From the NCBI RefSeq assembly GCF_032062105.1, contig NW_026929454.1, positions 62,001-126,000 on the forward strand: a DNA stretch of 64,000 nucleotides. The letters run 5' to 3'. Under the pieces are notes generated by a model, which saw only the letters and a list, made by a program, of their open reading frames with translations, did no database searches and was not told the origin of the DNA. Every line of letters starts with the position of its first letter. Within the stretch, counting starts at the first letter, position 1. The translations under genes were made by a program, and so were the position numbers. The DNA is from Saccostrea cucullata. Taxonomy: Eukaryota. This document shows, in pieces, positions 36,501 through 49,261 of the stretch.

Positions 36501-38100
36501 CCAGAATGCCCGACCGTGAACCCAAGAACGCGTATTCCAGAAATATGCACAAACGTAGGTGCTAACGCTCTTGAAAGAGCTCTAGTAAAAAGTGCACGTC
36601 CTTAATGCCCATAATTAATATACTAATCAGTCCCCTTTCATGTAAACTATTATTAACTATTGAATAAAGAAAATAGAGTATCTGAGGCCAAGAAGTGCTC
36701 AAGTAATATCTAGAGATGTTATCAAACTCCTAAACATGAAAAGAAACTTGCAAATATGATCAAATACCAATATTAAGAAAACTTGTGTCCCAAGATTACG
36801 TCATCTTGCCTAATAAAACGTAACCTTTATCTCTGATGTAGTCAAGTAGGAATATCTGAATGTTTTTTTTTTACACATCTGCGTTGTTTCAACTAGTGAT
36901 TGTATCTTTGTTTTCTTTCTAATTTTCAAATTAAGAGAACGGGAAAAAGTATGGAGCATTGTTTATATATTCTGCTAGATTTTCAACCATCGATATTCAA
37001 ACGATTCGGAGGGCTTCGTTTCGCATATAACACTTTTCGCGCTTATTCGCCTTCTTTTTTGTTTTAAAGTTGGAACTGTACATGATGAAGATCATCTCAT
37101 GGAACACTCCATAGATAGATTTAAGAGGGGAATTACAAAACTTTGTCCTCAAAGTATGTAGCTTACAAAATCCAGGATTCGTCAGTGCACCCGTTTTGTA
37201 GACCATTTTGCAGCTACACGGGTTTTGGGGGCCATATGAGAAATTTCTTTGAGGCAAACTTCATTGAAACATTTTAGGGAAATTAAATAGTCCTTGTGCC
37301 TTTAAAATAAAAGATGAGAATATCACATCGGCTTCGAACGAATTGATTAGCGGTACTTTCCTTCCATGAGAATCTTTTCCAGTTATTTAAACTTTATAAG
37401 ATATCAATTTATATCGGCCGTCTTTATAAAAAAGAAATCAGGCTTGAGAAATTGAATTTAGAATTGTTTGCGTTTGGTAGTTTTAAGGATATTTCAAGAA
37501 GATTTCTAAAGCTCAAAATGTACAAAATGTTATTCTAAAATTTGATTATTTAAAGGTGAAATTTACCTATTTGAAGCAAACGTTAAAAGGTTAAAAGACA
37601 AAAAAGTACATGATTTTACATTGTTAAGCCTATGAACATAAGATGGCTTAGAAAATAAGTGATTTAAAAAAAGAGTTCTAAAGAAGATCATTTTCAGAAA
37701 TTTTAACATTGAATATTTAAATCAAAATACTGAAAAATTAAAGTTTTCAAATGTGTATGGAAGTTTGAAACAAGATATTTTTTTAACTAAAATATTTAAT
37801 TTTAGGTTAAGTTCTTGCAATTTAGAAATATAATATAATTGACTAAAATTCTAAACCAACAAATTATATTAGAATTGTTAATTGTTACACAGACCATACA
37901 TGGCATGTTAGAACGCTAATTATTCTTAGACTAAATGCATTTTTTTCACAAAAAGGTGTAAAGACTAAAAAAAACTTATGTATTACTGCTTAAAATTCCA
38001 TTATGGACTAATTCTTACCTTGAACAACATCACCCAGCTTCATTATTTTTGCATTTACAGTAAAACATCCTGATATGCAAAGAAAAATGATAAATATCAT
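30546..38100 (-). CDS. Secreted 8-Cys protein, paralog X1 (179 aa, dermatopontin-like pattern); exons 38100-38019, 32066-31920, 31727-31632, 30881-30764, 30642-30546
   Basis: All introns GT-AG; exon total 540 nt, open frame. MIFIIFLCISGCFTVNA-KIMKLGDVVQENTEPISVQRSNINCTDKGPLVFRGGDPTSFFGSLCLPPPGKVKQCAIFNAGAFEAFVCPQKNYFNGINSDAGQRRVICCSVFGASYNDNECKIWFRTTENFVSPFGPGYLVTGRKPISNGMGGIRGFFIRECPYRKSHMFNYPKNIYYVSK*. Exon structure shared with X2. Confidence 0.85.
32268..33112 (-). pseudogene. DIRS tyrosine recombinase, truncated at the HxxR motif
   Basis: Homology ends at KLFGLH; the catalytic R, H/W and Y are missing. Confidence 0.85.
33360..35687 (-). pseudogene. DIRS pol: RT (34218-35687), RNase H (33672-34181), methyltransferase-like domain (33360-33826); frameshifted
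   Basis: KKRLVLDLRHVN, LPFGLSSA, VYLDDG; FSDAS; GVDAFAQNW...WIVPPP...LIIPKW. Confidence 0.9.
35338..36099 (-). CDS. DIRS gag-like ORF1 (253 aa), overlapping the RT ORF
   Basis: KILKIADRHGWDTVHEY motif and degenerate CCHC knuckle (CFYCRQVGHMVRDFP). Confidence 0.8.
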   Translation of the reverse strand: MEDSNTMECNEVGLSNEDAVSLFSTSLNKALEKQSNVIVSTIAGLTEQLGKSNALKSAAHVPESGQAFEFKHEGHNIQFAFNQDRLSKLSEIEGLIQEVDLTKAAAVIKEEKTALQQRNKILKIADRHGWDTVHEYLDDPLADNTEDATKLHYAVGRAARKRSFRAKPYERRRGSFAPSDFFCGFSQSYNSSEKFNTGASRVGNTVFQFQRDRGGCFYCRQVGHMVRDFPYLKGQPIPTLSTSTTSTSGTSKQ

Positions 38101-38124
38101 GTTGTTTTGTCAAGGAAATAATAT

Positions 38125-38215
38125 TCACGTGCTTTTTATAGATATGCCATTGGCATTGACTTCAGAATTTTAATTAGTGCCCCTTTTGTGTGTTTTGATT
38201 GATTAAGACTAATTA
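38125..38215 (-). promoter_or_regulatory. TATA-containing proximal promoter of X1, conserved with X2 (51545-51632)
   Basis: Both loci share TTTTATAGATAT (TATAAAA on the minus strand), CATTGACTTCAGAA and TTTGATT...AGACTAATT upstream of the ATG. Confidence 0.6.
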
Positions 38216-38428
38216 GTTTTTTTTTTTGTTTTTTTTTTCTTTTTTTTTTGAAAATTAACTCTTTATCATTCATGCCAATTCATGCTGATATAAATATCAT
38301 GTGAAAGGAAATAAAAAAATATCTCACACAAAAATCTTTCTTCAATGAACTCTTCTTTTTTGTTCTTTAAAATGCTTTTTGTTTTACATATGCAGAGAGA
38401 GAGAGAGAGAGAATTCAATGAATTGTCT

Positions 38429-38625
38429 GACTGTGAAATCATTTATTTTCGTGGGGGATGAAAGTAAACATAATTTAAGTCCACCCTAAACCACGAAATT
38501 TGATTTTTCAGACATATTGCTACTAAGTATGCAATGCATCTTCAGCCCTCGAACCCCTCGAACCAGATTTTATCCCTAAAACCACGAAAATTTGACCAAA
38601 TGAATATATATATTATCTTACACTA
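38429..38625. mobile_element. Degenerate MITE; related half-copy at ~36270-36378
   Basis: CTGTGAAATCATTTATTTTCGTGG ... CCACGAAAATT inverted ends. Confidence 0.5.
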
Positions 38626-39112
38626 TGCAACAATGAGCACAATTTGTAAAAAAAAAAATAATAATAATAAAAATAAAATGTTTCTCGCTTATAAATACTG
38701 GAGTACGAAATAACTCTTCCTTCGAAAGGTGTAGTCTAAACCTTATGACCAGTAATTGAGTTTTTAACATAATTGTGCATTTTTCTTTCATCTACCGACC
38801 ATATTTTTTGTCAAAATTTACAATTGCATTCATACAAGTAGTTTCCATATATATGTGTGTATCTAAAATTTTAAAAATTAAAATCTTTGTTTTGTACAAA
38901 AAGATGATAATGTTAATCTAAGACTATGTTTCATGGCCCTTAAAAGTATATACATTTAATTTAAAATATTCATTTCTTTCCAAAGGCGATAACGTCGTGA
39001 AGGAAGTATTAGACTTGATAACTTTTCTCTTTAACAAGCTTCCTCACAGGAAATTGATGTACCTTATAAGGCTTTGCAAGTTGCTAGAGGATGGTATTTC
39101 CTAAAATATCAT

Positions 39113-40390
39113 ATACGTCGATACGATATATCCTGGTGAGCTTGAGATAAAGGATACCATAGATTCTGACACATCTATTTCATATTTGGATGTTTTACTT
39201 GAAAAAGACGTTAATGGTAATCTAACAACCAAGCTATATGATAAATGTGATGACTTTTACTTTTCTATCGTCAACTTCCCTTACTTATGCAGCAATATAC
39301 CTTCATTACCTGCATACGGTGTATTTATATCTCAGTTGATTCGATACGCAAGCGTATGCTCTACGTGCGAACAATTTCTAAAACGGGGTAAATTATTGAC
39401 AAGCAAGTTGATGAAACAAGAATATCAACAATTTCGTTTAAAGTCATCATTTTGTAAGTTCTATGGTCGATACAATGACCTTGTCAGCAAATACAATTCT
39501 TCATTGAGTCTATTTTTAACTCTGTGAACAGGTGTCCGTAAGCACTGGTCATTTTAAGAAACCTGTTTATACTACAAGCTAATTACCCCCTCATTATAGG
39601 CAATATCCTCCGATGGTTTGACAGGCACTGAGACAGTGCGTCCATATTTAAGTATTTTGCCAAGAAAGAGAGACCAGGTATTTTATTTAACTGTCTTCAA
39701 TAAACACGGGCGATAACTCGTACTCATTGCATTTACTAGAGAACATGGCGTGTAAATTTTAGGTGAGAGAAAACGTTGAGAAAATTAGTTGAATTCCTGT
39801 CTTTATTTTGGATTATATTTTAGGTTAAAAGGCATACACAACCTGAAAAAGGTTTGATAAATTAATTTAGAAGTATTTTCAGTGCATATCCTTTTGTAAT
39901 CTTCGAAATTGTTTGGGAGCGGTTCAGCAATTTTTTTGCAACGTTGCAAGTATATTGGTGGAATTCCAATTGTACTAACTAATGTAAATTAAACATAAAC
40001 TGATATGAAACTCTTAAGTGCTTTTTATTTGTAGCGCCAATGGCAATTCGCAAAATTTTGAAACGTAAAAATTAATCAACAGCTTTTTGACCTAAATTTG
40101 CAAAACTAAAGCGACGTAAAAATTGCCAGATTTACGGTATGCTGACTGACGTTTTTCATACTAATTATTAATCCATTATTTGTGCACTGAATTGGCAACG
40201 GATTTTCCCGTTATTTCCCGATCATGACAAGGAGCACACGGGTGTGACCGGTCGGCAGGGGAAGCTCATTCCTCCATGGCATCTGATCCCACCTCTGATG
40301 TTTCGGAGGTCCGTGTTTGCTCCGCTCCTATTTTGTATTGTTTTATGGACTTTTGATTTGGATACTATTCGTTATCTCCATACCTTTCAT
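39113..40390 (+). mobile_element. Naiad-type PLE copy, interrupted by a ~630-bp insertion (39511-40138)
   Basis: RT C-terminal ORF 39186-39527. The consensus TCATTGAGTC|AAATGCTGACTGACG is split between 39510 and 40139. 3' motif at 40231-40325. Confidence 0.85.
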
Positions 40391-40747
40391 AGAGAATCAC
40401 TAAAATTGCCAATATCACAATTGTTTTTATTCACTTTAGAATCAGTAAAGATAACACAGGATAATGATGATTATGGTTAATTTATTGTATGTTACACAGT
40501 CAAGTAAGTCATATTACACAGAGATACAAAACACAAACATCTTTTAAAAACGTGTCGTCAAATCTTTATGTCTTTGGTTAAAAAATGCTCTTGCAATTAT
40601 TTTGGTTGAGAGGTACGGTGTAATATAAATGTATATTATTGTCATTATTGTCTTTTTTGAAAAAGAGTGACAAACGGAACCATTTTTTCTCTTTTATATA
40701 CTAGTCAAAACTGCTAAGGTGTCTGGTTATTCTTGTTTGCAAATTCA

Positions 40748-41045
40748 TTCTATGATCGATACAATGACCTTGTCAGCAAAACATTTTATCATTGAGTCAT
40801 ATGCTGACTGACGTTTTCAAACTAATCATTAGTTTATTATTTATACACTGAATTGACGACGGATTTTTCCGTGATTTCCCGATCATGACAAGAAGCATAT
40901 ATATGTAGCGGGTGTGACCGGTCGGCAGGTTTTGCTCACTCCTTTATGGCACCTGATCCCACCTATGATGTTTTGGAGGTCTGTGTTTGCTCTGCTCTTA
41001 TTTTGCTTTGTTTTTTGGGATTTTGATCTTGAAAACTGTTCATTG
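40748..41045 (+). mobile_element. Naiad-type PLE 3' end
   Basis: ORF terminus plus 3' motif at ~40890-40995. Confidence 0.85.
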
Positions 41046-42398
41046 ATTGTTTCAATGAAAAATTATAAACAAATGATGGATTTTAATTCAAGTACATGAA
41101 CGAAAGGGACAGGTTCAGGATGACCAGTGCTTTGATTGTGAGGGACTTTGTGGTGTGTGTTCGGCAGGAGCGGGGAGGGGGTATGAAAAAAAAATTGCAA
41201 TACTTATAGTTAACATGAGATTTGTAGCATACGAGGGTTGACACAAATTTAATATTTCCTAAATTTTACGTGTACTTGTATAGGGTGTGCCTTTCCACCA
41301 CTAACCCCACAACGTCCACATACGCAACTTGATTTGGTTTGGAATAATATTGGATATCATTCCTCGGTTTATCATTGAACCCTTTAACGCTCTTCTTCTG
41401 TATATGGACGGGTTTATTTTCGAAAGAAACAGCGATCATGAGCTGCATATGCTGGAAAGTAAAGACTCTTATCGATTAGATATTTGATAAATTTTAGTCC
41501 GAAAAAGTCGGTCGCTTTGGTGTTACTGAATTTTGAGATTTTGAGAATTCACATCTGATTTACACAGGCTCCAGAATATTCTGCAGCATAGTGCCTCTGA
41601 ACTCTCTTTTTACCAACAGCTAATATTTTTGTAAGGTGTAAGGATAGATTAAAATGAGCATTTGCTCGACTATGTAATGTATCTCTGTTTGTAAGGATTT
41701 TTACAAAAACTAGATATCCAATACAGGATGATGGATCGAATGCACCTTTGTTGACTGGGATTTAAAATGTTAAAAAAATAATTTTGAAGAATTCATAATT
41801 AGATTGAAAATTTATTGTAAAATATAGATTTGGAGCTTTTATCTATTTTTAGAACTTTTTTTAAGATGGTCGTTTTAAGGTCTTAATTTTTCATTTAATG
41901 GAAATAACAAGTCAGGGAGAGTCCAGCGAGGCATTGTTTGTTTTTTATGTAAATAATCTTTGGCCACTTTTGAAAGGCTAAAAATTGTCTCACTTTAAAC
42001 GATTTTATTCATCATGTAAGGATGATTTTATTTTTATTTTTATTCCTGGATTTTCTTAAACTGATTATATTTAGGACAAAAATTTTCCCACCTACCTACC
42101 GATTTTTTTTACCCTGAATCAGGAGAGTCAAACAAACACTATTAAAAATTTTTGTTGATGGTTTCCAAAGAAAATTGCTTGCATTCTTTTTTGAAATTTG
42201 AAGAGTTCTAAACATGTTTAAGAATTTTTAGAGATATAATCAATTGTATTTTGCTACAAAGATATTAAGATGATCAATTTACATATTATCAAATATTATC
42301 TATATCTCTTTTTTCTTTTCATTCATGTCTTTTGAAAGTATTGAAATCATAAGATATTTTAAAATTTAAGATAATTTTATTTTTCCTCAATGTTTCCG

Positions 42399-43310
42399 TT
42401 ACAATCTAAATCCGGAAAACGATGACCAGCTTACGACAGCGTATTGCCCATCTCCACCATGTGTTCTAATCCAGACTTTATCATTTTTCTTCATTTTTAT
42501 TATAGCTGTCGAAGATCCGGAAGAGTAACTCGAACTGCCTGAGACGCCATCCGCATGATTGTAGCCAATTATATTACTGTTAAGAACAATATCTGTGTTA
42601 AACATCTTCCCAGCTAGTGTGTTAGAATGGTCCACGTGAATGAGTAGGCACCATCTTCAGGTGCTGTGAATTTACCTGTTATAGCATCACAGGCATTTCC
42701 ATGGTTTAGAGTTGCCTTTCCAAATACAACAACAGCATAGTTGGTAAGGTTAACCTTAAGTTTCGATAATTGTGACTGAAAAGCTATGATTCCTGTTTAA
42801 AATAAACGACAAATGCTTAACTGTAGATTCAACAGAAACAATGAAAAGTAGTATGTAAAAGATATTCCCTGAAAGGTTTTGACTTTGATAATGTAAAAAT
42901 TTTTTATACGAGTATTTCACATTTTGAACAGTAATTTAACATGATCAGAGAATCCATGTAACCTAGCTTGAAGGAAATCAAAAATTTTACGTAATTCTAT
43001 ATCTGACATTTCACACAGGAAGACCAACACATCTTTTGATGAAATTATACCTTTTTCTCCTGCTGTGCAATTAGTTGTTCTATAACCCATTCCTTGACAC
43101 ACTGTATTGTACTTTTTGTATTTCTCGAGAAAGTCTTGTGGGCGTTCCTCTGCATACACTACAAAAATTATGCACACAACAAGGAGTGTCGTTTTGAACA
43201 AAGTTGTACAATTCAAAGACATTAAAAGTAAAAATAACATTTTATTCAAAGCAATATGTCAAAAATTAAAATTATAAGATATCATAAATTTGCAGTGAAT
43301 ACTTGCATGT
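42399..43310 (-). pseudogene. C1qDC paralog B; gC1q exon 42792-42399, upstream exon ending 43051; +2 (CA) frameshift at ~42620
   Basis: IIAFQSQ...GKFTAPEDGAYSFTWTILT, frameshift, then LAGKMFNTDIV...DKVWIRTH...WSSFSGFRL*. Upstream exon reads LLVVCIIFVVYAEERPQDFLEKYKKYNTVCQGMGY. The 5' splice sites look non-canonical. Confidence 0.85.
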
Positions 43311-44685
43311 TTGTAGTTAGATTTCAATTTTTCTGTTTCTTAATCCACAATACAGTTACATACATCAACTGCCCCTCTTTATATACTATCATGACAGTAA
43401 TTAAAATGTAACATGAGTAGATCGGATGACATACTGATCTTCTCGTTCACTTTTAATTAAGCTTCTAATAATGTTTCTGTTAAAATCTTACTGGTGGTCC
43501 AAGGTAACAAATCAGCTCTCGTTTCTAAAATTCATAAGAGAAAACATCTTAAGTGTAAAACAAATCTTACCATTTATTTAAATGACGAAAAATGTAAACC
43601 ATAAAAAAAGAGCACGAAAGAAAACGAAAGAATTTGGATGGGACACATACCATAATCAAAGAAAGCTTGACCAGAAATGCAGTTCAATAAATGATTACAA
43701 AACAGTGGTCTCCCAGTAACAATATCGTTAAAACATACAGATGTTATAATGCTGTAAAATTCAACTTCATACTTCACTTGAAACAAAAGTGATGCATAAA
43801 GAACGATCCATAAAACAAATTCAAAATAGCTTGATTAATTAAAAATGTGGTGGATAGAGTAGGGGTGATGGTTGCTTTTTAGATGTGTTCATGAATATTT
43901 TGTATCCGAAATTGGTGTGATTCCCAAATTTGGGGTTGACGATTAATAAGGAATCGGTCTTACCTACAATTTAACATTCAACAATGTTAAGGAACGTCTC
44001 GTTCCTCAAAATCTGTTTTGTATATCTTCGTAATGTAGGAAAAATATTCAAAATTTTCATAATATTCTGAATTTTAAACCAGTTTCTAGACTTTTTAAAA
44101 AAAATCCAAACACTTAAATATTTGAAATTGGAAAATTATTTTTCTTCCCCAAAGGATTATATAAGAAAAACTACCCCTGGTATCTTGCAGAAATGCCTGG
44201 TAAGGTACTTCAATTTTTTGTGAGTAAACATGTTTAAGTAGCAACACTTCAATGACAAACTCTTAGAAAAATTTATCTATTATTAATGAACGTCTCGTCT
44301 GTCCTTAAAACCAGATTCTACTTCAACGAGTAACACCCCATTGTCTAGGAAGTACAAAAACATACTAGTAAGTCTATTCGGAAAAGGACAATGACCAAAC
44401 TTGATGCTTGTGAAACAAAATTCTGTCAACTACTGGTACATCCAGGGGTACAAATATAAACAAAGGCACACTTTTTAGGTACAACCTAGTAAATATCAGA
44501 TACTTTCTGCAACTTTTAATAGTGGCTAGTGCGTTGGAGTTAGGGTTAAGAAACTGTTCATTACTATTAAGATTTTTTTTTTCTTTTCTTTCTTTTTTTT
44601 TTATTTGCTTCTTGTAGTGGAGAGGGTTGAAACTTCTTGCGGCAGTGAACTTATGGATTTATATTTCTAAAATGGAATACACTTT

Positions 44686-45020
44686 TCGTTTAAAGTAATC
44701 ATTTTGCAAGTTCTGTGGTCGATACTATGACCTTGTCAGCAAACACAATTTATCATTGAGTCAAATGCTGACTGACGTTTTTCATACTTGTTGTTAGTCC
44801 ATTATTTATACACTGAATTGACGTCGGATTTTCCCGTTATTTCCCGATCATGACAAGGAGCACACGGCGGGTGTGACCGGTCGTCAGGGGATGCTCACTC
44901 CTCCATGGCACCTGATCTCACCTCTGATGTTTTGAAGGTCCCTGTTTGCTCTGCTCCTGTTTTGTTTTGTTTTATGGACTTTTCATCTTGAATACTGTTC
45001 GTTATCTCCATATGTTTCAT
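44686..45020 (+). mobile_element. Naiad-type PLE 3' end
   Basis: ORF terminus plus well preserved 3' motif at 44857-44951. Confidence 0.85.
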
Positions 45021-45128
45021 TGAAGACAAGAAAAAGGAGGCTACGAACTATATATATACTAATATCTATGAAATTTATATTGGATGTCACAAAACAAAAT
45101 TGAGCTTGAAGAATTGCAAGGTTTTGAG

Positions 45129-45166
<38 letters not shown>

Positions 45167-45739
45167 AAGAATATACCTGGTAGCAGAACTTTAAACAGAT
45201 ACATGTATATATATAATATACACTATATTATTACATTTGAAAAAATAGACAGTTGGGTCAGAATTTGCTTTTACATAAGACTTTTAAACAACTCTCAGAC
45301 TTTGTATTTGATAACAAACAAATTAGCATTTTGGACACTTACTTAGCATCGTTGGAACAATAAGCACCAGGAAAGAATCTTGTTCTAATTCTTTTATTAT
45401 CTCTATCATAAATATTCCTATACATTAACAAATTTTGATGAAATTAGTCTCTCTGTTTGGCTATTTTGTATATCAGAAGATGATTTCAACTGTTTTTTAC
45501 TTTCAGCAGATCTATTATGATTGACGCCTGTAAATAATACAATAGATAAACGAGTAAAATGAATATCATTTATTATTCTTATGGCATAACAGGTCGTCGC
45601 AATGTTTTCGGGACCATCGGAGAGCCTCCCTTGCGTAACATTTTAAAAAGTACATGTACTTGACGATCCCAAAAGGTACACTGGGTTATTCTCAAGTAGA
45701 CAGAGTCATCAATACAGGCAAAGTTATCAAGTTTTTAAT

Positions 45740-46044
45740 CGATGATCGATCGTTGATTTACTGATTGTATATTGTTTAACGCTCCTTCTCGAGAATTTTT
45801 CACTCACGACACCACTTGCCGGTAAAGAGCTGCAAATTTTGACCTACACTCGGCACTCAGGGCCATTGAGCAGTGAGGGATCTTTTTGCTGTCAGCACCT
45901 ACTGCGACATGAAAACTCGGTTTATACGGTCTCATCCGAAGGACCGGTCTCCACGTCCCACAGTAGGATTCGAACTGCGACTTACGGATCAATTCCTTAC
46001 CTCGCGACTCCAGAGCAGACGCTCTAACCACTGCGCCACGTGGG
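45740..46044 (-). mobile_element. tRNA-derived SINE with Deu/Nin-like core
   Basis: Minus strand: A-box TGGCGCAGTGG, B-box GTTCGAATCC, core CTTCGGATGAGACCGTATAAACCGAG...AAAGATCCC, tail GTTAAACAATATACAATC. Confidence 0.8.
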
Positions 46045-49000
46045 AGACACCAACTTTATGAAATAAATATTCAGAACTACCCAAGCTGGTACCTCTAATG
46101 GATATCATTTAAAATATTAACCATTCAATGTTTGATCTCATTCGTCAACAGATTCATTAAAACACTTTTAAAACGATGGCCGATTGATTTAACAGCCAAC
46201 CTCTGAATACACATGAATATATCACTAAAATCGAATATTTTTTTTTTTTGCTTTACAAAATTATGTACAATGTAACATAAAAATGATTTCTTGACTATTT
46301 TCAAGAGTTTTATAATCATTCTTTTAAAATCATTCATTTTTATTAACATCTCCATTCATATCTGGAACACAGACATACGAATTAACAGGATTTGGCAGTA
46401 CAATGACCAAAATTGTCGATAAAAGTACACTTGTTAAAACATATTCAAAGCATTTTATGAATTAAACTAATTGTTTATTGTACTCATGCCAACAAAATTC
46501 GAAACCAACTTACAACTGGGAACATTTTTTTCTCGAGTATAAGAGTGGAAAAATTTTCAAAATAGATAAATTGTAAAATCTTACTGACACGATAACTTTT
46601 AGTTGGTCTAGAAAATGAAATGAAAGTTTAGACAAAGAATAGAATTTAAAAAATAAAGCTTTAAATGCACGAGTTCAAATTCGGTGTGTTAATGAATTCG
46701 TCAAATGAAATTTAAGACTTCCTTATGTTAATTATTTGCAATGACTGTCTAAGGAATCAGGCGAGGAACTCATCAGTTAAATTTAATTGTCATTTGTAAA
46801 TCAATAACAGTATATGAATGAGTCGTAACGTTTCTATATAATGTCATGCACATGCAATGGCACATCGGACTAAGGGAGGAACAAAATGAGTCCATACAAA
46901 CAAATAAAATACACTCAGATATGATATTAAAAATAATTCAATTAAACTCATGTTATCGATACATTTACTAGTCTAAAAATAATTTCTCTTTTTCATTGCT
47001 ATAAAAAGAATTCAGTTAAATTATTAAAGCATATGAAAAGTTTGTGAGCTTTGCTACAACATTTCGATATAACAACAGCACTAAATCAAGCAAAAACATT
47101 CAAATTAACATTAAGTTGTTTCTTTATTTTCCTGTTAACTACAAATAAAAGATGCTACAGTGTCTAACACATATGTTTCATACATGTATGCGGTTGTTTT
47201 AATAAAGACATTGACTAAAACTGAAAACTAACAGAAAGCTAACGGAAACTGAAAACTAACTTGTCATATACATTATAACTTCATATTCTTTTATTAACTA
47301 ATATATTTTCATAATTTCAAAAAATTTCATAATCTATATATTAAATATATACCTGATGTTCCAAAAATTATTTCTTTTTTAAATTATCCCCTTGCATTCG
47401 TCTTTGGCGTTGTCTAATTATAAAAAGAAAGCATAGAAATATGGATATCTAGCTATAGAAAAAGGTGTGACAAGGATGGCTAGCCCATAGCTGTTTTGGT
47501 ATCATACAAGATAAAAATCTTAAATAGCTAAAAGTATGAAGCATCTTTTACTCGTATCAAAAACGTTAAGGCAGCCATGATTGTATATGGTATAGTATTT
47601 AACAAAGTATCGTAAAAAAATATTTCATAAATTTGTAATCATTTACTTTTTGTTGCATTATCTGAATATTATATTATTGGTGACCAAATGTTTTATTGAA
47701 AGATCTTGAATACTGTTCATCATCTCCATATATTTCATCTAATACACTTACACATGTAATCATGTACATGGCACTAATTTCTTCTAAATGTGATTGTTCA
47801 CGATATTAGCGTCACAATTATGATTGATAAACGAAGTGAATTCATAAAAAACCTTCCAATTTTTTTTTAGAAAATAATATTAGCATGACTATATGGAATG
47901 AATGTCCTCATCCATTATATTTTAGCTTATTTCTATCAATGACATTTTATTTTATCTTTTAGAATATAAGAAAATATTTTAAAACAAGAAAAGAATTTTT
48001 CAGCATCGATAAAATTTATGGCTTCACTCTGTAGGAAAAAAATCTCTATTTTTTATCAATTGATTTGTATGGCAACAGCTCTCTTTGAAATATAAGAATA
48101 CAATTTGTGTTTCTATATAAAAAATTAAAATTACGAAAAAGAACAGAAAATGTACCTCTTCATTCATTTTTAACTTTCTCACATTGATAAGGAATATAGC
48201 CTATTTTTGAATTGCATAAGCAAATTACATTATACATTTTCTACGCCTTTTTTGCCATATCCAGATAGAAGGGGGCATAATTCATAGAAATCATCAATTT
48301 ACATTCAAAATATATCACTGAAAGGGGGGGGGGCTTCATAAAGGTTTGGAAATGAACAATGGTTGTGACAAACAAAATATATATACAGTATACACTCTAT
48401 AAAACAAATCCGTAAACAGGGCAAAAACACCGACTCCCAGAAAGTTACTGTTAGCCGGTTACATTTTCGTGATCTCTTATACTATAGTACAAAATAATTA
48501 GTATAAAACTAATACCTTACAATTGGTATTATACAGATATAGACCAATTGATAGATTTTTATTGCCTATCATGCCCTATAACGACGATTGAATTTTTTAA
48601 ATGAAAGAGTCAAACAACTGTATTGACATCCCTGGAACATAAACTTATCTGTCAATAGCCCACATTCTTTCATTATTACATACATATTCAGTTGAGGATA
48701 AAAAAAGCTGAAGTAATCTCATTTATCATACAATTTGGTTCATAATTTGCCCTTGTTATTTGTAGTAACTAAACCCTCCAAATAAAAAAAAAACAGATGC
48801 TGCAGACTACGTTTATTTCATGTTTGAATCGACATGTTATTGGGAATCAATGTTGATATCTGATATAAAAAACAATCTAATGAACCTTTTTCCTTGAATG
48901 ACATTTAATTAAAACTATATTAAAGGCACAAGGGCAGAGATACTACGTGCCGTCATACTTGGGCAGAGTTTACTAATTGGAATTGGTTGAGGTATTTGGA

Positions 49001-49261
49001 CCAGTTACAGGGGAGGCGAACAACTTATAATTTGAAGATTTTTTTTTGTTCAAAGAAAAATAGGGATGCAGTTACATGAAAAGAAGAGAAGAACTGTCAT
49101 TAGTGAAACAAAACTTGGTGGACTTTATCCTTCTATCTCTATATACATAAATTATTTCAGCTTTATAAGGTTTACTTATTTGTATATTGTAAAACTGAAG
49201 ATCAACGCTGAGGTTTAAAAATTGATTTTAATGTAATGCATATGAAAAAATAAGATTTTTT

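Noticed and set aside
32114-36540. CTGGAATA / TATTCCAG inverted pair enclosing the DIRS element
   Set aside because: Only 8 bp with no clear TSD; could be chance.
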